Positions 53,801 to 61,561 of a stretch of 64,000 bases of DNA are shown one piece after another. Under the pieces are notes generated by a model that searched no databases, had not been told where the DNA came from, and saw only the letters and a program-made list of their open reading frames with translations. The stretch lies in the IMG/VR virus record IMGVR_UViG_3300036859_000424. One strand, written 5' to 3'. Source of the stretch: a virus. Within the stretch, counting starts at the first letter, position 1; every line of letters begins with the position of its first letter. A program made the translations under genes and the position numbers.

Positions 53801-56575
53801 CGCCGCGCGGCGTTCTTCCTGGTGGGCCTGGATGATCTCGCGAGCCGCTTCCAGCGCGATCTGGCGGGCTTCCTGACGCGCCCGGATCTCTTCACGCAGG
53901 CCGTCCAGCGACGCCTGGCGGGCGGCCTGGTTGGCCCGGATCTCTTCGCGGATCGCGTCCAGCCGCTGCTGCCTGGCTTCCTGGCTGGCCCGGACTTCCT
54001 CTCTCAGCGCTTCCAGGCGGGCCTGCCGGCTCGCCTGGGCGGCCTGGATCTCTTCGCGGATCGCTTCGATCCGGGTCTGGCGGACTTCCTGGGCGGCCCG
54101 GACTTCCTCTCTCAGCGCTTCCAGGCGCTGCTGGCGCACCTCCTGGGCGGCCTGGATCTCGGCCCGGAGCGCTTCGATCCGTTCCTGGCGGGCCGTCTGG
54201 ATCTGTTCGATCTCTTCGCGCCTGGCGCGGATGCGTTCCTGTTCGTTGTCCAGTTCGGCCTGGCGGACCCGGCGGCCGTTCTCCTGCTCGCGCTGGGCGA
54301 TCTCTTCGTTGATCTCGGCCCGGCGGTGGCGGATCGCCAGCGCTTCCTCTTCAAAGTCCAGCAGGGCCTGGGCTTCGGCGATGTCGGCCCGCTGGCTGAC
54401 CGGCCCCTGGGCTTGCTGGGCGCGATCGGCGATCCGGGCCTGCTCGCGCTGGGCCTCCAGGATCGCGGCCGCGCGGGCGTTCATCGCCTGGGTCGGTGCT
54501 TCGATCGCCGCGATCTGGGCCTTCAGGACGACGATCTGGGCTTCGTACTCACTGGTGACCCGCTTAGCGGCGGCCTGGTTTTCGTTGATCTGGCGCCCGA
54601 TCTCGGCGTGGGCGGCCTTGACCTGGCCCAGCGCGCCCTGCTGGGCGGCCAGATCGATCTGCAACTGGCGCTGTTCTTCCTGGCGCTGGGCGCGGGCCGC
54701 CCGGATCTGCTGTTCCTGCTCCGGGGTGTACGCCGTCGTCGGGGCGAACGGGATCGGCGGGCGGGTCGGGGCCGCTTCCTCGCGGGCCTGGCGCTGCTCG
54801 CGACGGGTTTGGGCTAGGCCCTGAAGGCCGCCACCAGTCAGCCCCAGCAGGTCGCGCAGCCCCGCCAGGCTACTGGCCAACCCGGACGTGATGGCCAGGA
54901 ACTTCTGGCCTTCAACGACGGCGGTCCCGATCCCTTCCGCCAGCAGCTCCCATCCCTGGCGGTTGGCGGACAGGACGGTGTTCGCTTCCTGAAGGCCGCC
55001 CAGCAGCGCTTCAAAGAAGCCGCGCCCCAGGGCGCCCTGGATGCCGGCAGCGGTCGACTGAAGCTGGGCAAGCTGGGCGTCGAAACCCTGGGCCGACTTG
55101 ACCAGCAGCTCGGTCGACCCGCCGGCCGCTTCGACCGCCTTGCGGTAGAGCTCCATCCCACTGAAGCCCTGCTGGGCAAGCTGACGGACCGTCCCGATCG
55201 CGATGTTGGTGCGGTCTTCAAAGGCCCGGAAGTCGCCGGAGATGAGCTGTTGAATGGCGGCCTGCATCGCCTCGAAGCCCAGCTCCGGGTGCGCGGAGGC
55301 CAGGGCGACCGTTAGCTGGGTCAGCTCCTTCATCCGCTCGACGTCGCCGCCGCTGACCCGCAGGAAGGTGGCGCCGGCCGCGATCTCCTGTTCGTCGCCA
55401 AACGGCGAGATCGCGGCCTGCTGGCGTAGCTCTTGGATCGCCTTCTGCCCGGCCGAGACCGATCCGGTGTAGTGCTCAAAGGTGCGGGTCTGCTGTTCCA
55501 GCACCGCGTTGTAGCGGATGCTGGCGGCGATCCCGTCGATCGTCGCCCGGGTGACCGCCTGAATGGCGATCGCCGCCGCCGTCGCCGCCAATTGGGCGCC
55601 GGCCAGCCCGCCACCGATCAGCAGGCCGCCGCCGAGACCAGACCCGGAGATCGCGCCCCGGAGCCCACCGGACAGGGCGGCCCGGGGGACCGACTCGCGT
55701 TCTTCGGCGCGCCGACGCTGTTCCTCGCGGCGGGCTTCCTGTTCGATCTCGCGCTGCTCGCGGCGGCGCTGCTGTTCTCTTCGGACCGCCGCCCGGATCT
55801 CTTCGTCGTGCTGGCGCTGGTTGTGGCGCAGGATCTCTTCGGTCGATCGCCGACGGTCCCTAGCGGCTTCGGCTTCGGCCCGCTGGCTGGCCCGGATCCC
55901 GGCCTGTTCTTCGGCGTACAGCCGCCGGTTGGCGGCCATGACCTCTTCGACCTGGCGCCGCCGATCCTGTGCCCTGGACGCTTCCTCGCGGGCCGCTTCG
56001 GCCCTGGCGCGCGCGACCGCCCGTTCACCTTCGGCGATGATCCGGTTGGTCGCCGCCGCTTCCTGGCGGATCTGCTGCTGGGCGCGTTGGGCGTTGCGGA
56101 ATTCTTCGGTCTCGACCCCAATCCCGCCGCGTTCGGCCCGCCGGTACTCCCGTTCCGCCGCGTCGCTGCCCGGGGCGTTCCGGCGAGAGGCGCGCAGTTC
56201 GGCGGCGGCCGCCTGTTCGATCCGGCGCAGCCGGCGGGCGGCGATCCGCTCCTCTTCGATCTCGACGGCCCTGGCCAGCCGCAGCGCCGCCGTGTACGCC
56301 GCTTCATCCGCCCGGATCTTCGCGGCCGCCGCCCGTTCAGCAGCGGCCGCCTGGCGGGCGGTCTGGGTCTCGATCGCCGTGGTCGCGGCCTGGGCCTGCC
56401 CGGCCAGCCCACCGCCGGCGGCACCCCCCAGGTTCGGCCCCCGGATCCGGTCGAACGACTGCTGGACCTGGGCGGTGGCCGCGACGACCCGGGCGACGAA
56501 CGCCTGAAGGGCAGCATCGGCCTGGGTCGTATCGAACCCGACACTGAACCCGAAGCCGCCCAACGGAATCGACAC
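50801..56575 (-). CDS. tape measure protein (1924 aa)
   Basis: Longest gene, follows the chaperones; AALEQQTRTFEHYTGS...SPF TMP motif; charged helical repeats. Confidence 0.95.
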   Translation of the reverse strand: MSIPLGGFGFSVGFDTTQADAALQAFVARVVAATAQVQQSFDRIRGPNLGGAAGGGLAGQAQAATTAIETQTARQAAAAERAAAAKIRADEAAYTAALRLARAVEIEEERIAARRLRRIEQAAAAELRASRRNAPGSDAAEREYRRAERGGIGVETEEFRNAQRAQQQIRQEAAATNRIIAEGERAVARARAEAAREEASRAQDRRRQVEEVMAANRRLYAEEQAGIRASQRAEAEAARDRRRSTEEILRHNQRQHDEEIRAAVRREQQRRREQREIEQEARREEQRRRAEERESVPRAALSGGLRGAISGSGLGGGLLIGGGLAGAQLAATAAAIAIQAVTRATIDGIAASIRYNAVLEQQTRTFEHYTGSVSAGQKAIQELRQQAAISPFGDEQEIAAGATFLRVSGGDVERMKELTQLTVALASAHPELGFEAMQAAIQQLISGDFRAFEDRTNIAIGTVRQLAQQGFSGMELYRKAVEAAGGSTELLVKSAQGFDAQLAQLQSTAAGIQGALGRGFFEALLGGLQEANTVLSANRQGWELLAEGIGTAVVEGQKFLAITSGLASSLAGLRDLLGLTGGGLQGLAQTRREQRQAREEAAPTRPPIPFAPTTAYTPEQEQQIRAARAQRQEEQRQLQIDLAAQQGALGQVKAAHAEIGRQINENQAAAKRVTSEYEAQIVVLKAQIAAIEAPTQAMNARAAAILEAQREQARIADRAQQAQGPVSQRADIAEAQALLDFEEEALAIRHRRAEINEEIAQREQENGRRVRQAELDNEQERIRARREEIEQIQTARQERIEALRAEIQAAQEVRQQRLEALREEVRAAQEVRQTRIEAIREEIQAAQASRQARLEALREEVRASQEARQQRLDAIREEIRANQAARQASLDGLREEIRARQEARQIALEAAREIIQAHQEERRAAIENLNDQIRARREAYDLAREAARELADEAERQYRRERDAADRAHQARQQEYRDRIDQLREADRQERNRERGPSAAERELEALERVNRERQRARTLEDAQLAVAEARTSREWRDARRRLAVVQEQQAYERQREALQQRIEEERNAREERSFQRQEEIAELERRAAAEDRAYREQRDRQELAHQQARQALEDANRAEDRAERERQREEDRQVRELERADREATKQEQAQIREQEKRERELQREEERAIREAERSAAAADRADQERLRQEEQAARAAEREEERTIRDAEQAARAAEQADQARLRAAEAEDRRLTREEEARVRAAETEDRRLQREEDRRLRDEEAAAKAAQRAEDAQLRAEERAYQQRQKEERERQRREEEEQNNRQLERLREARTLEIRALELRQRTLDLQDRTAAATAARDRVIADYVLAILENAQKIDQLTQQIRALPLRQEIAELEALAATRMAPIEARRIQLDLELSESQARIDAITREIERIQRELQIRSRPGPDETPVPEGTRSPFQLPSGDGGWVQWLTDLTAAIRDGWNNFWRTENTGPEAIRDWGERGAVYVEKDVWQTDSPSRRTEALAYDVAQGFILQIQYQGPFIRAAMEEAFSPPDLSATLRAPFEEFLYTWLPGVPPFYAATGAEAAAQWQAGYSSVDLGAILRAPFEEFLYTWLPGTPAFYTQAATDSTGAFRAAYEAADLYGVLRFPYEEMIGWLPGLADQYRTAASDSAAAFTTAYDAADLYAVQRRPFEEMIDTWLPGLPAHFEGSGQAAAAAWANGWSSGQAAIIAAIDATMFSVQARLAEYDPGFTTLGSNAAINWQNGWVAAMNGWTPPIPQATAPGGGGEGGGRRREGPDPGGTGPAPTPTPQPTPQCPPGTRWSTAFGQCMPFSPTPPIAFGGGDWIPQAQAGAVLPAAAMQDAVARAASPRPSDPQAAQSRGPVNIHIEQRISADGITDPQAFAQMVTDQTVDAIVNILDVTQQTSLSPVTRILPGAL
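53780..54200 (-). repeat. 54-bp (18-aa) tandem repeats in the tape measure gene
   Basis: About 8 units of L/I-E-A-L-R-E-E-I-R-A-x-Q-x-x-R-Q-x-R; an identical stretch of over 30 bp recurs 108 bp apart. Confidence 0.85.
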
Positions 56576-56967
56576 TATCTCGCCCTCGCCCGGTGCTGAT
56601 CAGCCATCCGACACATCTCGACCCAGCGGTCCCACCCGTCTTCCACGGCGTTCTGGCCCGGCCGCTTCGGCAGGTCGACCAGGTTGTCCGGCCGATCCGC
56701 CACCTGGACGGTCGGATCGAAGAACCGGGGGACGGCCAGGCTGGGGAAGAAGTCGGCCGGGCCGAAGGGCAGGCCGTTCGACTTCTTGGCACCGCCCAAT
56801 GACGCCACCAGGGTCGCTAGCTCGCCGAAGCGCAGGTCTTCGGCCCGTTCCAGCTCAAGCCGACGATCCGCGAGCGCGCGGAACTCCCGTGGGGTCAGGT
56901 CCCAGAACCGGGCTTCAGAAAGGCCCAGGTCCACGATCCCGACCGTCCACAGGTCGATCCACCGCAC
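56575..56967 (-). CDS. tail assembly chaperone C-terminal extension (gpGT-like, reached by -1 frameshift)
   Basis: FWDLTPREF motif; joined to the upstream ORF via C CCA AAC. Confidence 0.85.
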   Translation of the reverse strand: MRWIDLWTVGIVDLGLSEARFWDLTPREFRALADRRLELERAEDLRFGELATLVASLGGAKKSNGLPFGPADFFPSLAVPRFFDPTVQVADRPDNLVDLPKRPGQNAVEDGWDRWVEMCRMADQHRARAR

Positions 56968-57473
56968 TACGCGGCGCTGGCGTTTGGGCCGCCACCTCCG
57001 GTCGCGGAAGCTGTGGCCGGGTCGGCCGGCGGCTGGTTACGGCCCCAGCACAGGTCCAGGCAGTGCAGGATGTAGTAGATGTTCCCGAACTCCAGCCCAG
57101 GCATCCGCTCGACCTGATCCAGCGTCAGCGTGTCGTCTTCGTCCAGCAGGGCGACCCACAGCAGGGTCGTGATCACGGCCAGCTTGGGTGGCCAGTCGAA
57201 GATGATCTTCTCATCCCAGGCGTTGATCCCGGTCCGCTCCTCGAACATCTTCAGCGCCCAGAACGGCAGCCGCAGGTGGCGGGTCTTGTCAAGCTCGATC
57301 GGCACCGGCTCGATCAGCCTGGGCTTGCGGTGGTTCAGCGGTTCGGCGACCAGGGCCGGTTTCGGCGCCACCGGGGTCGCGGCCGCCGCAGCGGCCGCCG
57401 CCTGCTCCTCGACCTTGATGCTCTCGATCGCCTGCGTGATCGGACTGGCGTTGTCGCGGGTGGTCTCTTCCAT
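56967..57473 (-). CDS. tail assembly chaperone (gpG-like)
   Basis: IELDKTRHLRLPFWALKMFEERTG; lies between major tail and TMP genes. Confidence 0.85.
   Translation of the reverse strand: MEETTRDNASPITQAIESIKVEEQAAAAAAAATPVAPKPALVAEPLNHRKPRLIEPVPIELDKTRHLRLPFWALKMFEERTGINAWDEKIIFDWPPKLAVITTLLWVALLDEDDTLTLDQVERMPGLEFGNIYYILHCLDLCWGRNQPPADPATASATGGGGPNASAA
56982..56988 (-). other. programmed -1 ribosomal frameshift heptamer CCCAAAC
   Basis: X XXY YYZ phasing is correct; the -1 frame reads PKRQRRVVRWID into the next ORF. Confidence 0.8.
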
Positions 57474-57547
57474 CGTGGCTGGGCCGGCGGGACGGCCGCC
57501 GGCCGCTCCTTGAGACGTCGTGCCCGGAGATCGATCGGGATCGGCTG

Positions 57548-57583
57548 CCTGAATGTCAGGCTTACCCTGAATGTCAGGCTTAC
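57548..57583. repeat. perfect 18-bp tandem duplication, each unit palindromic
   Basis: CCTGAATGTCAGGCTTAC x2 (CCTGA-ATG-TCAGG), overlapping the major tail stop codon. Confidence 0.9.
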
Positions 57584-58026
57584 GACGACCCGTAGGTCGG
57601 CGCCGACGTCGGCTGTAGCTGCACCGCCGCCTGGTAGACGTTGTCGACCGGGGCGGTCGGGCGGAAGCTGGACACCGTCGCCGAGAAGTGGACCACCACC
57701 GGTGGGACGACCGCGCTGTTGTAGTGGACCTGGAAATTCGTCCGTTCGCCGGTCAACTGCCGTTGCAGCAGGCCGGTCACGTGGTTGTGGGTCGGGTGGT
57801 TCGGCAGGTAGTTGATGTCGAACCCGACGGCCGGCAGGTCGTTCAGGTTGTTGACGTACGACCGGAAGAAGGCCGGGTTGTCGTGGGTCGACGTGTCGAT
57901 CCGGGGCGACTCGATCTGGGGGACCGGGATCGATCGAAGCTCAGCGACGTTCGTGAAGACCTCCGGGTCTTCGCCGTCCCCCATCTTCAGCAGCGTCCCA
58001 AATGCGTGGATAGCCAGGTCGGTCAC
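57580..58026 (-). CDS. major tail tube protein
   Basis: GTLLKMGDGEDPEVFTNVAEL...IDTSTHD...FDINYLP...HFSATVSSF. Confidence 0.9.
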   Translation of the reverse strand: MTDLAIHAFGTLLKMGDGEDPEVFTNVAELRSIPVPQIESPRIDTSTHDNPAFFRSYVNNLNDLPAVGFDINYLPNHPTHNHVTGLLQRQLTGERTNFQVHYNSAVVPPVVVHFSATVSSFRPTAPVDNVYQAAVQLQPTSAPTYGSS

Positions 58027-58034
58027 GGTTCAGC

Positions 58035-58241
58035 CTAACTGTCGGCGTGCCCGCGCGAGGCAACGTGCTGCCTCACGATCTCTTCATTGACGTGATCGAA
58101 GGGACAGCTCTCGCACTGGTAGACGGTCACCTGGTGCGGTGGCTTGCCCCACGGCTTCTCGTAATAGCCGTCGTGCCGCCGGCTCGCCCGGGGCTGGGCG
58201 GCGGTCGGCTTCGGGGTTGGGGTTGGGGTCTCATCAGCCAT
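58035..58241 (-). CDS. small C2H2 zinc-finger-like protein
   Basis: YQCESCPFDHVNEEIVRQHVASRGH. Confidence 0.65.
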   Translation of the reverse strand: MADETPTPTPKPTAAQPRASRRHDGYYEKPWGKPPHQVTVYQCESCPFDHVNEEIVRQHVASRGHADS

Positions 58242-59457
58242 CGGTACCTCCGACCGTGGTGGGAATGCCGGCCTGACGGGCCGTGTAGTCGGCCACCAGG
58301 TGGGACCAGGCGGCCGGCCAGCGGTGGGCGTTGGCCTGCAAGCTGTGAAGGCTTTCGACCTTCTGCAACAGGCGGTCGGCGAAGTGGCGGCGCCGTGCGC
58401 GATCCTCGATCAGCCATGACAGGGAAGCCTCCCAGTCGTCGGCGTTCGTACAGATCAGCCCATCTTCGCCATGATCGATCAGGTGCCGGTAGACGGTCGG
58501 GGACGCCAGCACGGCCGACCCGGCTGCCGCCCCTTCCAGCGCCTTGATCGGCGACTTGCTGGCGTTGAACGTGTTCGCTTCCAGGGGGCAGCACAGGATG
58601 TCGATCTCGGCCATCAGCCCCGGGTACCGTTCGATCGTCTCTTTCGGCCGCAGGGTCAGGCGATCGGCGTCGACCGACCGCAGCAGGACCCCCAGCGGGT
58701 AGCCGCCGACCAGGAAGCGGACGTCGGGGTAGCGGTTGGCGATCCGGGTCCAGGCGACCGCCAGATGACGGGCGTCTTCGTCCGGGCGGTTACCGCCGGC
58801 CCAGCCGATCGTCAGCGGACGATCCGGGTCCAGGGCGCCCCGCTTCGGGCCGTACTTCTCGACCCCAGCCCGGAACCGGGGCAGGTCGATCGCGTTCGGG
58901 ACGACGATGACCGGCTTGTCGGTGAACCGACTGACGACCTCAGCCAGCCTGGGGGTCGCCACGGTCACCCCGTCCGAGAGCGCCAGTGGCAGAATCCTGG
59001 CCTGCCGCTCGCGCTCCATCAACTCCTGGGGCTTATTCGCCTGGGCCGGGTCGCCGGTCACCCGGATCCGGTCGATGCTCTCCTCGCTGTACAGGTCGTC
59101 GTCGGTCTCGTAGATGACGGTCGTACCCAGGCCGTGCATCAGCGCAACCCAGCGATCCGCGACCCAGTCCTGCTCCGGCGCCCATTCCAGGCGCGCCATC
59201 ACCACGGCGTCGGCGTCTCGAAGCCAGTCGGCCGATCGGGCGTCGCCGACGGCGCACCAGCCGACCGGGTAGCCCCGCCGGTGCAGCTCAGAGAACGGCT
59301 GTGCGATCCGCCAGGCGGTACATCCCGCCATCATCTCAGGGTGGACCAGCGCCAGGACGCGCGGGCTCGTCGTGCCGACCGCTAGATCCCCGATCCTCTC
59401 GGCTGCGCCCCGCTGCGCGGCGCGAATATCGACTGCTTCGACATCTCTCCAGGTCAT
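58234..59457 (-). CDS. GT4-family (GT-B) glycosyltransferase
   Basis: IYETDDDL...VTVATPRL...VVPNAID...IGWAGG...SKSPIKALEGAAAG..VLASP. Confidence 0.9.
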   Translation of the reverse strand: MTWRDVEAVDIRAAQRGAAERIGDLAVGTTSPRVLALVHPEMMAGCTAWRIAQPFSELHRRGYPVGWCAVGDARSADWLRDADAVVMARLEWAPEQDWVADRWVALMHGLGTTVIYETDDDLYSEESIDRIRVTGDPAQANKPQELMERERQARILPLALSDGVTVATPRLAEVVSRFTDKPVIVVPNAIDLPRFRAGVEKYGPKRGALDPDRPLTIGWAGGNRPDEDARHLAVAWTRIANRYPDVRFLVGGYPLGVLLRSVDADRLTLRPKETIERYPGLMAEIDILCCPLEANTFNASKSPIKALEGAAAGSAVLASPTVYRHLIDHGEDGLICTNADDWEASLSWLIEDRARRRHFADRLLQKVESLHSLQANAHRWPAAWSHLVADYTARQAGIPTTVGGTDG

Positions 59458-59960
59458 CACGTCCCCCCGCCCGGCTTCGTCGCCCACAGGTACAGGTCGC
59501 CCCGCTGCTTGTGGGTCTCCAGGCGCTGGATGGCCATCCCGTCGACCCAGTCGTGAAGCTCGCCGGGGCGGACGTTCAGGTACCACTCGCTGGGCCGGAG
59601 CCGGTTGCCGTCGATCCCGGAGTGCGGGGGCCGGGGCGGCATCGCGCAGGTCACGATCAGGTGGCCGCCCGGGGCCAGCATCGCGATCATGTTCTCGACC
59701 AGCAGGGCGGCTGCCCGCGCGTGCTCGAGCACTTCGCAGCAGACGACCAGGTCGACCCGGGCCAGCGGCCGCCAGGTGGAAGCGTCAGCGACGACGTTGA
59801 CCCCCGGGCCAGGGATAAGGTCCAGGCCGGTGTAGGCGGTCCCCGGGAATAGCTCGCGGACCGACCCGTTGATGTCGCGGCTGCCGATCTCGACAGCAGT
59901 CTTGACCCCGACCAGCACCGTAGCGACGCTGGCGACGAACGCGTACGCTTCCGCGTGCAC
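59457..59960 (-). CDS. class I SAM-dependent methyltransferase
   Basis: VEIGSRDING...YTGLD...VVADA...DLVVCCEVLEH...LAPGGHLIVT. Confidence 0.9.
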   Translation of the reverse strand: MHAEAYAFVASVATVLVGVKTAVEIGSRDINGSVRELFPGTAYTGLDLIPGPGVNVVADASTWRPLARVDLVVCCEVLEHARAAALLVENMIAMLAPGGHLIVTCAMPPRPPHSGIDGNRLRPSEWYLNVRPGELHDWVDGMAIQRLETHKQRGDLYLWATKPGGGT

Positions 59961-60352
59961 TAGTCGACCCCCATCCAGCATTCGTAGTTGCAGCCGACCA
60001 AGCTCCGGCCGCTGGAATCACCGGTCATCGCGAACGGCTCAGACATCGCGTAGATCGCCTTGTAGGTCCGGCCGTTGACGCTGGCGATCGCACCACCCCG
60101 GATCGCTACCAGCAGGTCGCGGATGTCTCTGGCGCGGGTCCGGGCGGCCTGGGGGTCCCGGTCTCGGACGATGACCTGGACATGCGGGTAGCGCCGCTCG
60201 CCGCCGTTGTGGACCCAGGCGGCCGGGCGGCCGGCGGTGTCGGCGATCGCCGCGCAGACGTCCGGCTGCTCCGGCAGCCGGCCCATCACCAGGGTCGTGC
60301 CCAGGGTGCCCAGGCCGGCCGTGACCAGCAGGTCCGCGATGTCTTCCGGCAT
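59960..60352 (-). CDS. tail terminator / minor capsid 3-like neck protein
   Basis: DIADLL...GLGTLG...GRLPEQPD...PHVQVIVR. Confidence 0.8.
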   Translation of the reverse strand: MPEDIADLLVTAGLGTLGTTLVMGRLPEQPDVCAAIADTAGRPAAWVHNGGERRYPHVQVIVRDRDPQAARTRARDIRDLLVAIRGGAIASVNGRTYKAIYAMSEPFAMTGDSSGRSLVGCNYECWMGVD

Positions 60353-60378
60353 CACAGCCTCCCTGCTAGAGTTGCGGC

Positions 60379-61008
60379 GTGAAGCGCTGTTCGCGGTGCG
60401 GGGCCGACCCGACCGCCGAAAACTCGTACCCGACCGGCCAGGTCTGCCGGCCCTGTAAGGTCGCGAGCGCGATGGCCTGGAACAAGGCCAACCTCGAACG
60501 ACGCCGTCAAATCAGTGCTGCGTCGGCGCGGCGGGCATACCACGCCGATATCGACGCCACGCGGGCCAGGAAACGCGCCTGGCGGGCCGAGAACGCCGAT
60601 CGGGAGAACACCCGCACCCAGCGCTGGCGTGATGCCAACCCCGGCGCGGTCCGCGCCCAGAACGTCCGTTACTACCACGCCAACCCTGACGCCAGTCGGG
60701 CGCGCTGGCTGACCCACTACCTGGCAGACCCGGAGCCGACCCGTCAGCGCAACCGTCGGCGTCAGGCGCTGGTGCGCGGGGCAACCGTCTACCCGTTCAC
60801 GGTGGCCGACTGGCAGGCCCAGGTCGACGGCTTCAACCGGCGCTGCGCCTACTGCCTGCGACCGCTGATCCGGGTGACGATGGATCACATGACCCCGGTC
60901 TCGCGGGGCGGGGATCACGCGATCGAAAACCTGGTCCCCTGCTGCCAATCGTGCAACAGCCGAAAGAAGGACCGAACACTGCTGGAATACCTGCCGCTTC
61001 TTGGGTGA
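60379..61008 (+). CDS. HNH endonuclease (antisense to the late operon), putative homing endonuclease 3
   Basis: RCAYC...TMDHMTPVSRGG...NLVPCCQSCNSRK. Confidence 0.9.
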   Translation: MKRCSRCGADPTAENSYPTGQVCRPCKVASAMAWNKANLERRRQISAASARRAYHADIDATRARKRAWRAENADRENTRTQRWRDANPGAVRAQNVRYYHANPDASRARWLTHYLADPEPTRQRNRRRQALVRGATVYPFTVADWQAQVDGFNRRCAYCLRPLIRVTMDHMTPVSRGGDHAIENLVPCCQSCNSRKKDRTLLEYLPLLG

Positions 61009-61010
61009 CA

Positions 61011-61418
61011 TCACAGCCCCCAACTTCGCAACAGAACACCAGCGACACCACGCATCAGGTTTTCAGGTCCATCCCTGGTCCATTCTAGTAATGGACGCTC
61101 AAGGAACTTCGCCTGTTTTCCTTGCGCATGTTTGTAGTCCAATCTTTCGTGTTGGATCAGCGCGTAGGGGACGTCGTTGTCGCCGCCGTAGCTGATGTAG
61201 ACGTTGACGATCCCGCCACCGATCTCCGGGTCATCGACCCGACCGGAGTTGACCAGGCGCTTCGTGTCGACGGGGCACAGCCGCTGCGAGACCTCCAGCA
61301 CACCGACCATCTCGCGCTTCAGCCCTACCGCGCCGACCGCTTCGACCTGGGGCACCAGCGACAGCACCCGTCGTCGGAAAGCGTCCAATCCGACCACCTG
61401 GCACGTCGTGTCGATCAT
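61011..61418 (-). CDS. HK97 gp10-like neck / tail-completion protein
   Basis: SQRLCPVDTKRLVNSG...PYALIQHE...AKFLERP. Confidence 0.85.
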   Translation of the reverse strand: MIDTTCQVVGLDAFRRRVLSLVPQVEAVGAVGLKREMVGVLEVSQRLCPVDTKRLVNSGRVDDPEIGGGIVNVYISYGGDNDVPYALIQHERLDYKHAQGKQAKFLERPLLEWTRDGPENLMRGVAGVLLRSWGL

Positions 61419-61561
61419 CCGCGTCCCCCATCGCCATCGGCGGTTTTCGGGGCGCTGCCTACCATCGACGGTAGGCTTGACTGGGGGGCGGGTGGCGTCG
61501 GGTCGAACGGCCTGCCCAGCCCCCGGATTCGCGTGTGGAGATGACTGATCTGCCCGTTCAT
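61415..61561 (-). CDS. 48-aa hypothetical peptide
   Basis: TGATG and ATGA coupled; N-terminus resembles the C-terminus of the upstream gene. Confidence 0.45.
   Translation of the reverse strand: MNGQISHLHTRIRGLGRPFDPTPPAPQSSLPSMVGSAPKTADGDGGRG

Noticed and set aside
37925-56599. Long plus-strand ORFs opposite the tail genes (e.g. 37925-39010, 41288-42931, 45026-46816, 53822-54817)
   Set aside because: Antisense shadows of GC3-rich or repetitive genes; no motifs, RBS or coupling.
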